Origin: Acaryochloris marina S15
Lineage (GTDB): Bacteria > Cyanobacteriota > Cyanobacteriia > Thermosynechococcales > Thermosynechococcaceae
Reading direction: 5' to 3'
DNA length: 32,000 nt
NCBI RefSeq assembly: GCF_018336915.1
Contig: NZ_CP064923.1
Coordinates: forward strand, 2,730,001 to 2,762,000
The translations under genes and the position numbers were made by a program. The notes under the pieces are model-generated. The model ran no database searches and was not told where the DNA came from. It saw only the letters and a list, made by a program, of their open reading frames with translations. The number at the start of each line of letters is the position of its first letter. The stretch's first letter is position 1. This document shows positions 25,390 to 32,000 of this stretch, in pieces.

Positions 25390-26116
25390 GAATCTGGGTG
25401 CGGAGTTCTTGGGCCACTTGCTGAAGTTGAGCAGAAAGAGGCTCCTCCATACGCTGTATCCGGGCCAGCATCTGTTGGTGGTGGCGCAAGGTCGTTTGGT
25501 GATCGCCTTTCAGACCCTCAATTTTACGGGTAATAAGTTCCTCTGGTAGGCAGAAAAAGACACCTCCATCGGTGAATTGAATATTGCCTGCAAATAAATC
25601 AAAAATTCTGGCACTACCTGTAATAGCTGCTTGGGGAAACTCAGTGCCATACACATGCAAACTAAGCAAAGGCTGCTGGCTAGGGTTGCCCATTTGATGA
25701 ATCAAATCATGATCCACTGGAATAACTGTTCCAGCGTTAAACGGCATGATGGCTTGAGTGGTCAGAAGATTATTTTCAAAGTGATATACGCTATGTTCGG
25801 CTTGACCAAAAGATTGGACCGCTCCCCATTGTGCTGAACCGTGATCATGGAAGGCACTGAAGTCACCAGGTGCCCAGGACATCACCATGATTTCAAAATG
25901 CCCCCCGTCATAAACTAAATGCCGACCATAGCTATCTGCTAAGGGGTGGTCAAAATCTGCCCATAACATCAGATCTTCAGCTTGGATATTGGCATCCTGC
26001 ATACATTGACAGGCAATTTGAGGCGTTATATGAGATTGTTCGCGAATCAGCTGGATCAAAGACTCCAGGCTTTTAGGCATGCGCAGAGATGGTATTTCAA
26101 CTTGATCTAACATCAT
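25373..26116 (-). CDS. Cysteine-dioxygenase-type (CDO/thiol dioxygenase-like) cupin protein with C-terminal helical extension
   Basis: Cupin motif 1 without the usual Glu (WAPGDFSAFHDHGSAQWG). Motif 2 is HDLIHQMGN (H-x3-N). Together these give a 3-His metal site like the CDO family. It is preceded by YGRHLVY...FEIMVMSW. There is a ~70-aa Gln/His-rich helical tail. Confidence 0.75.
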   Translation of the reverse strand: MMLDQVEIPSLRMPKSLESLIQLIREQSHITPQIACQCMQDANIQAEDLMLWADFDHPLADSYGRHLVYDGGHFEIMVMSWAPGDFSAFHDHGSAQWGAVQSFGQAEHSVYHFENNLLTTQAIMPFNAGTVIPVDHDLIHQMGNPSQQPLLSLHVYGTEFPQAAITGSARIFDLFAGNIQFTDGGVFFCLPEELITRKIEGLKGDHQTTLRHHQQMLARIQRMEEPLSAQLQQVAQELRTQIHGLLG

Positions 26117-26958
26117 CCAAACCGAGTGACTACATTGAATAGATTTTTCCCAACTGTATTGCCATTTAGGTCAACTAGGGTTGAGGAAACCTCCTATTTG
26201 CCAAGGTAGGCCTGGGAACTGAAGGTTCCCTGAGAAATAAGTTAAGCCATCTTAAAGTAATTCAGGAATCTCCTGAGAATTATGACTCATGAATTCAGCG
26301 AACAATCTACCCTTGCCCCACAAAACCTACTGATTGGATGCTTGATGACTGATTGAGTCAAATGGGGAGTCCTTATTTGTTTAATATCAACCACTTTCAT
26401 GGCCAGGTTCAAAACTGGGTAACAGTGTCATGAATGATCAGGGTAATCTGGAGTCTCATCATTTCTCCTCAGAATTGATCTTCAAGCATGATTTCAACTC
26501 CTGTTCAAAGGGCATAGCCTGAACGGATTATTGAGTATCGAAGGCCCAGTCATCATTATTGGATGGCTTATTCTGTCGTGGATGTATAAACGAAAATCTC
26601 CTGTTTTTTAAACCTTGCTGAGAATCCTTAAACATTTAGAAAATATAAATTATTTTGTTTTTGGTGATGTAATAAAAAAAGCAATGATCTAAAAAGTGGG
26701 TGTTCGTTTGAAAATGATTAAATCCCCTTTCCTCAGATATACGGAAATGGACTAGTTTGCGCCCCCAACTCTCTCCATAGTTATACGGAAAAAACCTTGA
26801 AATCCATAGACTTCAGTATTTCTACCGTTAGCTAATCCTGGCTGGGTTGGCACTATAGTTACTAACCAGCTACCGTTGCGATCTGATTGAGGCAAGTAAG
26901 GGAGACTTCCTCAAACTCCATCAAACTAATACTCTTTTCTTTCTTGGATTGCGTGATC

Positions 26959-27180
26959 ATGTCATCTTCACTTCAGCAAAAATTTATTAATTTCCTCCAA
27001 AATGATCTAGCAATTTCGAATGCAGAACTCAATGTTGCTCTTCGCCGTCAAGATCCCACAAGAGGACAACTTCATATGGTGCTTTGGCAACATGGGTTGA
27101 TCAGCATCAATCAACTCAACTCCGCTTTCGAATGGCTGGAACAAGAAGCATCTAACCCTTTAGAAGTGCAAGTTGCCTAA
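26959..27180 (+). CDS. DUF2949-like small cyanobacterial protein
   Basis: 73 aa from ATG 26959. The pattern FINFLQNDLAIS......ALRRQD...GQLHMVLWQHGLISINQLNSAFEWLE matches my recollection of DUF2949. The TTG at 26887 in the track adds an unlikely leader. Confidence 0.65.
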   Translation: MSSSLQQKFINFLQNDLAISNAELNVALRRQDPTRGQLHMVLWQHGLISINQLNSAFEWLEQEASNPLEVQVA

Positions 27181-27285
27181 CACAATCAAGAAAATCTATA
27201 CGTTTTATGGTCCACTGCTCATTCTCCATCCACAGTAAGCTTAGGTAGGACAAATAAAGCATCTGAGAGGATACCGATCTGATTC

Positions 27286-27474
27286 ATGGAAACGACATCA
27301 GACTACCAATGTGCCTTTTGTGGAGAATTTAACACCACGTTCATCGATATCAGTGCAGGATTTAGACAGTCTTACGTAGAGGACTGCCAGGTCTGTTGTC
27401 GTCCCAACTTACTGTCAGTGACTGTAAACCGAGAAAGCTTAGACATTCAAATCGCTACAGAATATAACGGGTAA
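27286..27474 (+). CDS. CPXCG-motif cysteine-rich small protein (putative Zn ribbon)
   Basis: 62 aa. It has CAFCGE...DCQVCCRPN, a four-plus-Cys arrangement typical of that family. GAGAGGA lies about 16 nt upstream. Confidence 0.7.
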   Translation: METTSDYQCAFCGEFNTTFIDISAGFRQSYVEDCQVCCRPNLLSVTVNRESLDIQIATEYNG

Positions 27475-27540
27475 GCGCCCGTTTTCTTGTAATTACCCTT
27501 TGTTTTAGCTTGTTAGAAATATACAACCCATCCTATTAGG

Positions 27541-28350
27541 TCACCCAAATACGAAACTGACACAGCGATAGCAGATTTGTTTGATAGCTAAGTAAATGAA
27601 CATGGGGATTGATGTGGCATAGCGTTTCCATAATCTTTTAGGTTCTTGGATTAAGCGATAAAACCACTCCATCCCCATATGTCTTACCCAGCCTTTTGCT
27701 CGGTGCTGAATGCCTGCATATACTGGGAAAGCGCCACCTAGACCAATCATGACTGCGTTAATTTGGTCTTTATGAGCTGCCATCCAACATTCCTGTTTGG
27801 GGCATCCAAGGGCAATCATCACTAAGCCAGCTCCACTCCCATTGACCCGCTGAATTAATGATTTATCCTCTTCTAGGGTTAGGGGTCTAAACGGTAAAGG
27901 TTCCATATCGGCGATGACTAAATCAGGATATTCCGACTGTAAACGGCTTCTCATTTTTTGGAGAATGAGATCCATCGATCCTAAAAAGTAGACACTAACC
28001 TTTTCCTTCTCTGCTTTGTGGCAAAGGGTTTGCAAAAGATCTAGTCCAGCCACTCTATCTTGGTTCTTAGCTCCCATCAGTCTCAGCATCCAAACTAAGG
28101 GCATGCCATCGGGTGTAACAACATCAGCTTGTTGAACGATTTCTCCGAAACTGGGCCTTTGGTGAGCTTCTACCAGCATATGTGTGTTTGCCACACAAAT
28201 ATATTTACTCAGCCGTTGCCTTGCCCAATCTAAAATCACATCCGTTAGGGCATCAAATGGGGCTGCCGTTACCTTGGAGCCAATGATGTCTAAGCGAGGA
28301 GGTTCTTTCACAATAGGATTTTGTTCTAGAACTGATGTTTTTGATTGCAT
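27541..28350 (-). CDS. WecB/TagA/CpsF-family glycosyltransferase
   Basis: Family pattern: ICVANTHMLVEA, DVVTPDGMPLVW, YFLGS, ALGCPKQE, and P.YAG...RA..W...G.EWFYRL..EP.R. The track start at 28365 is TTG. The first ATG is at 28350. Confidence 0.88.
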   Translation of the reverse strand: MQSKTSVLEQNPIVKEPPRLDIIGSKVTAAPFDALTDVILDWARQRLSKYICVANTHMLVEAHQRPSFGEIVQQADVVTPDGMPLVWMLRLMGAKNQDRVAGLDLLQTLCHKAEKEKVSVYFLGSMDLILQKMRSRLQSEYPDLVIADMEPLPFRPLTLEEDKSLIQRVNGSGAGLVMIALGCPKQECWMAAHKDQINAVMIGLGGAFPVYAGIQHRAKGWVRHMGMEWFYRLIQEPKRLWKRYATSIPMFIYLAIKQICYRCVSFVFG

Positions 28351-28985
28351 TAAAGTAGATTCCAACAGAGATTTAAATGACTCAAACCGGATCGACTTTT
28401 TTTCTTTTAGAGAAAATTATAAAAATCGATACAAATCCATATATATATCAGTGTTTAGTAAAGATATTACGCTGTTAGAGCAAATTTATTGACTTTTGCC
28501 TTTTGGGCATTACGGAAATATCTTTCCTTAATACAAAATATTCTCAATTATTTCTCCTGGCGAAAGACTTATATTTCGGCTGTATTGCTGGATAAACCAG
28601 TAGCAACAGCTACTGATATGATATGCACTCTCTTTTATTCAATTTATAGACTGTAGACGAAAATTCTAACAAAAATTAAATATACATAGACAGTGAAATA
28701 AAATAAGAAAAATTTAAGAGAAAAAAATCAAATATGAGGCTTTATGCTCTAATTTAGTTTTTATCGGATCTATAGGTATTTTGATAGATTGAACTAAAAA
28801 GGACGGCTCACGTGTAATTTTTATAAAAAATCTGAAAAGCTCTATATTTCTGAAAGGAATGGCCATTCTCCTTAATTCAATCCTAGAAAAATTTACTTGG
28901 ATTTTGAAGTGCTACTATTTCCTATTATTTGTGTTGACGATGAATTCATAATTTACTAATCAAAATGTCAAATGTAATTTGCCTT

Positions 28986-29901
28986 AGAAGCTGTTTGAAA
29001 AGTAAAAAGACAGTCTACCCAGCTTAAGTTTGAGGCTCTAATCGACGAACCATCAAATGAACCATAGCGGCAAAGATCATCATTTCGCTAGTGGTTGGCA
29101 AAAATTCATAATCCTTACTCAAGCGTCGATAATGACCGAACCAGGCATAGGTGCGTTCGACAACCCAGCGCTTCGGAATGACTGTAAAACCTGGTTCATC
29201 GCTGGTGCGTTTGAGGTGCTCTAGTGTCCAACCAAACTGCTGGCCAACCCAGGCCATAAAGTCTTTACCTGCAAAGGTACTATCCACCCAAATCACTTGG
29301 AGACAACTCCAAAAAGCGGCGTAGAACGTTGCCAGTAAGGTCATTCCGTCATGGTCAGAACGTTTCGCACTATGGACACAGACCCCCAGCACTAACCCCA
29401 TCGTATCGACCAAAATGGTGCGTTTGCGTCCTTTGACTTTCTTTCCCCCATCAAACCCGATGTCTTGTCCGCCACTGGCAGTCTTGACCGATTGGCTATC
29501 GACACTCCCTGCACTGGGGAGTGCATTACGACCTGATTGAAGGCGAATCTGTGTGCGCAATGCAGTATTGAGCTTCTCCCAGGTTCCGTCGTCCTCCCAA
29601 GCCCGAAAATAGGTGTATGTGCTTTGCCATTTCGGGAAATCATGGGGCATTGCACGCCACTTAATCCCGTTGGCAACCAAGTAAAAAATCCCATTCAAAA
29701 CCTCTCGCATATCAATACTGCGCGGGCGTCCACCCGGTTTGGCATCAGGAATATAGGGTTTTAATATTTCCCACTGGGCATCGGTTAAGTCAGTGTCGTA
29801 TGCTAGTCGTGTCATTTTGGGGTCTCCTGGTAGACCCCTTTACCTTAAAACCCCTCTCGATGAGAGATACAAGGGGTAAAACAACTTTTCAAACAGCTTC
29901 T
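28986..29901 (-). mobile_element. IS5-family insertion sequence (about 0.9 kb, single transposase ORF)
   Basis: An 18-bp perfect terminal inverted repeat: AGAAGCTGTTTGAAAAGT (28986-29003) and its complement ACTTTTCAAACAGCTTCT (29884-29901). Target duplication is TTA (28984-86 and 29901-03) if the IR is read as 17 bp. TTAG or CTTAG is equally readable because the IR and duplication overlap. Confidence 0.85.
29024..29815 (-). CDS. IS5-family transposase (DDE)
   Basis: 263 aa. N-terminal LTDAQWEILKPYIP....GGRPR...REVLNGIFY....G..WR..P.DFP.W.T.Y.YF..W. The C-terminal DDE region has DSQSVK, ILVDT.G and VERTYAWFGHYRRLSKDYE. Confidence 0.9.
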   Translation of the reverse strand: MTRLAYDTDLTDAQWEILKPYIPDAKPGGRPRSIDMREVLNGIFYLVANGIKWRAMPHDFPKWQSTYTYFRAWEDDGTWEKLNTALRTQIRLQSGRNALPSAGSVDSQSVKTASGGQDIGFDGGKKVKGRKRTILVDTMGLVLGVCVHSAKRSDHDGMTLLATFYAAFWSCLQVIWVDSTFAGKDFMAWVGQQFGWTLEHLKRTSDEPGFTVIPKRWVVERTYAWFGHYRRLSKDYEFLPTTSEMMIFAAMVHLMVRRLEPQT

Positions 29902-30319
29902 TAGAGCAGTGATTTCAGGCAAAGTCCAAGGGGTAGGCTATCGTTACAGTACAAGAGATAAAGCTCGATCCCTTGGACTTGTTGGGTGGGTACGAAACTT
30001 GGCTGATGGGCGTGTTGAAGCCATGACAGAAGGAGAACGCAGGCAAGTGGACATTATGATGGAGTGGTTTAAACAGGGACCTCCTGCAGCAGAGGTTGAC
30101 GGGGTTGAAATTGATGAACTCCCTGTAGGCGAATTTGGAGAGTTTGAAATCCTGTGAGAATAGCAACTGGCCATTCATCAGTGAGTGATATGTAGACGCC
30201 AAGAATTGTCATTGACCTGTGGCACTTGTGAGGAGAAATGATATTCCTCATTGTCGAGGAACTCTATCAATGATTATGATCGTCAGCATAGTCGTTAATA
30301 AATAACGGTCTTCTATTCG

Positions 30320-30988
30320 ATGGCCCACATTCTGATTGCAGAGGATGAACCTCGAATTGCATCCTTCATTGAAAAAGGTCTCAAAAGCCATGGATACACC
30401 ACCAATACGGTGGGAGATGCCCATGCAGCCTTATCTTTGGCTTTGAGTGATGATTTTGATCTACTGCTACTAGATTTAGGATTGCCTGGTAAAGATGGAC
30501 TTGAGATCCTAGCTGATTTACGCGGCCAGGGGTCTGTACTCCCTGTCATCATTTTGACCGCCAGAGATGATATTCAAGATAAAGTGTCTGGTCTTGAAGG
30601 TGGAGCGGATGATTACATGACCAAGCCATTTCGGTTTGAAGAACTATTGGCAAGGGTCAGAGTCCGGTTGAGAACGGTAACGAGTGGAACCACTACAGAG
30701 CCTATGGTGATGACGGCTTATAATGTGGTGCTGGATCTACGAACTCGCAAAGCCAAAGTAGATGATCAGTGGATTGAGCTACCTGCCAGAGAATTTATTC
30801 TTGCAGAAACGTTTTTCCGACATCCGGGTCAGGTGCTCAGTCGCCAGCAACTTCTGGATCGGGTATGGGGATACGACTACGATCCAGGATCAAATATTGT
30901 TGATGTCTATGTTGGCTATTTGCGTAAAAAGCTAGGCAACTCGCTCATTGAGACCGTGCGCGGGGTTGGGTATCGGTTAAAGACATAG
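30320..30988 (+). CDS. OmpR/PhoB-family response regulator (REC + winged-helix DNA-binding domain)
   Basis: ILIAEDEPRI...LLLLDLGLPGKDG...ILTAR...DDYMTKPF, then LPAREFILAETFFRHPGQVLSRQQLLDRVWG......NIVDVYVGYLRKKL...IETVRGVGYRL. Confidence 0.9.
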   Translation: MAHILIAEDEPRIASFIEKGLKSHGYTTNTVGDAHAALSLALSDDFDLLLLDLGLPGKDGLEILADLRGQGSVLPVIILTARDDIQDKVSGLEGGADDYMTKPFRFEELLARVRVRLRTVTSGTTTEPMVMTAYNVVLDLRTRKAKVDDQWIELPAREFILAETFFRHPGQVLSRQQLLDRVWGYDYDPGSNIVDVYVGYLRKKLGNSLIETVRGVGYRLKT

Positions 30989-31116
30989 AATCAACGAATC
31001 AAATGAGAACATTCTCATGTTTTTCATTCGCTGTTTGAGCTAGCTTCATATAGATACACTTTGTAATGCTTCGGCCTAACTGGAGTATTGTCACTGACGC
31101 AAAATATCTAATTTGT

Positions 31117-31473
31117 ATGAAGCGGGTTCTCCTAGTTGAAGATGAAGAGCGCATAGCCCGTTTTGTAGAAAAGGGGCTGCTGAAGCATGGCTATCAATCG
31201 ATAGTTGCCACTGATGGTCAGCAGGCGTTAGCACAAGCCAATCTGGCAACATTTGATATTGTTTTATTGGATTTGGGGCTGCCCATCATTAGTGGTTGGA
31301 CTGTGCTCCAAACTTTACGTCGCCAGGGGTTCATTGCGCCGATTATTGTGATTACCGCCTTTGTTGACCAAGATGAGTTGGCGTTGGCCTCTGGAGCGAA
31401 TGACTTTATCAGTAAGCCGTTTCAATTTTCTGAATTATTAGAGATCATCCAGCGAAATCTAGCTGAGTCATAA
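31117..31473 (+). CDS. Single-domain (CheY-like) response regulator, paralogue of the upstream REC domain
   Basis: MKRVLLVEDEERIARFVEKGL.KHGY...IVLLDLGLP...VITAF...NDFISKPF. It aligns position by position with the receiver of 30320..30988. The ATG at 31117 is preferred over the track start at 31066. Confidence 0.85.
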   Translation: MKRVLLVEDEERIARFVEKGLLKHGYQSIVATDGQQALAQANLATFDIVLLDLGLPIISGWTVLQTLRRQGFIAPIIVITAFVDQDELALASGANDFISKPFQFSELLEIIQRNLAES

Positions 31474-31565
31474 AGATAGGCCAATTTATTTTCTGTCTTG
31501 CTCAGTGAAATAGTGAGGCACTGATTCATTGAGAGTGATCATAATTTTGTGTAAGCGCTTTTTTC

Positions 31566-32000
31566 TTAAAGGGCAAAGGGTTCTGGGAACAGGATAGCAA
31601 AGTGTGACAGAGCAGCTCTCCAATTTTTAATCGGCCTGTTCCACTTCTTAGCGATGTTGTTCATCGCCAGATACATCAGTCTGAAAACAGCATCTTCGCT
31701 AGGGAAGACCGCCTTCGTCTTGATAACTTTACGCAGAGAGCAGTTGAGGGACTCAATAGCGTTGGTGGTGTAGATGACCCGGCGAATCTCCATGGGGTAG
31801 TCAAAAATCGGAATCACATTTTCCCAGTGGCGAATCCACACCTGACTGATGGCTGGATAGACCTCATCCCACTTTTGAGCAAAGGCATCAAGCGCCGCTT
31901 CTGACTCGGCTAGTGTAGCCGCTTGGTAGATCGGCTTGAGGTCAGCGACAATGGCTTTTCTGTCTTTCCACGGCACGTACTTCATGCAGCTATGCATCAG
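31566..32000 (-). CDS. IS256-family (Mutator-type) transposase, C-terminal part. The ORF runs off the window edge.
   Basis: YVPWKDRKAIVADLKPIYQA...W...YP.I...W...W....IFDYP.EIRRVIYTTNAIESLN..LRKV.K....FPSEDAV.RL.YLA..NI.KKW..PIKNW is the conserved C-terminus of IS256-type transposases. The frame stays open through 31998-32000. Confidence 0.85.
   Translation of the reverse strand: MMHSCMKYVPWKDRKAIVADLKPIYQAATLAESEAALDAFAQKWDEVYPAISQVWIRHWENVIPIFDYPMEIRRVIYTTNAIESLNCSLRKVIKTKAVFPSEDAVFRLMYLAMNNIAKKWNRPIKNWRAALSHFAILFPEPFAL

Larger units (their letters stand above)
28965..30157 (+). pseudogene. acyP: Acylphosphatase gene split by an IS5-family insertion (5' piece 28965-28986, 3' piece 29904-30157)
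   Basis: Removing the IS and one copy of the duplicated TTA joins ATG TCA AAT GTA ATT TGC CTT A + GA GCA GTG ATT TCA GGC... in frame. The result is a 91-aa protein MSNVICLRAVISGKVQGVGYRY...GWVRNLADGRVE..., with the acylphosphatase signatures V.G.VQGVG[FY]R and GWVRN..DG.VE. The 82-aa track ORF (29909..30157, GTG start) is the 3' remnant. Confidence 0.8.

Noticed and set aside
23113-25837. ORFs 23113..23322, 23701..23898, 24204..24428, 25001..25351, 25348..25533 and 25631..25837, overlapping the 3' end of the DUF3298-type gene and the cupin/EamA/ATP-grasp cassette
   Set aside because: Fully contained in longer, motif-supported ORFs on the other strand.
26738-26791. 10-bp direct repeat TATACGGAAA (26738-26747 and 26782-26791), 44 bp apart, upstream of the DUF2949-like gene
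   Set aside because: My rough estimate is that about one or two exact 10-mers recurring within 50 bp are expected by chance in 32 kb. No accompanying symmetry or third copy.
28184-28492. 102-aa plus-strand ORF spanning the 5' end of the glycosyltransferase gene and the AT-rich spacer
   Set aside because: Half of it is antisense to a well-supported gene. The rest is low-complexity AT-rich sequence (Lys/Ile/Phe/Tyr-rich translation).
29392-30552. ORFs 29392..29694, 29537..29764 (inside the IS5 transposase gene), 29915..30202, 29944..30174, 30069..30251 (antisense to acyP) and 30313..30552 (antisense to the OmpR-type regulator)
   Set aside because: Shadow frames of genes with clear family signatures.
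1-32000. CRISPR arrays, tRNA, rRNA, tmRNA, RNase P or SRP RNA genes
   Set aside because: No regularly spaced direct repeats were seen in any intergenic region. No GGTTCGAATCC-type T-loop or conserved RNase P/SRP/tmRNA core motifs were seen either. This is a by-eye screen only.

Overview
This is a cyanobacterial chromosomal segment. It carries 13 perfect copies of the HIP1 octamer GCGATCGC, plus cyanobacteria-typical genes (CRR6-like, DUF2949-like, hemE, gltD). I could run no database search, so all product calls rest on motifs read from the supplied translations. About 28 credible CDSs are present. Left to right: an SDR oxidoreductase, a PiT phosphate transporter and an orphan Leu/Ile/Val-type lipoprotein solute-binding protein. 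Next comes a MITE-like element and a hypothetical protein with a 13-aa tandem repeat. A 8.6-kb signalling block follows, made of three consecutive soluble receiver-containing histidine kinases, one of 1661 aa with 5 PAS and 3 GAF segments. Then gltD, a CRR6-like gene, a Fur-family regulator and hemE. After these come an atypical MBL-fold hydrolase, a Ras-like small GTPase divergently paired with a Roadblock/LC7 protein, and a DUF3298-type secreted protein. A tight minus-strand cassette encodes a cysteine-dioxygenase-like cupin, an EamA exporter and a GshB-like ATP-grasp ligase. The right end holds two small conserved genes, a WecB/TagA/CpsF glycosyltransferase, and an IS5-family element inserted into codon 8 of an acylphosphatase gene (the gene can be rebuilt exactly across the duplication). 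It ends with two paralogous response regulators and a truncated IS256-family transposase at the window edge. I saw no rRNA, tRNA or CRISPR array. The best candidates for an undescribed system are the GTPase/Roadblock switch and the cupin-EamA-ATP-grasp cassette. The three-kinase phosphorelay is third.
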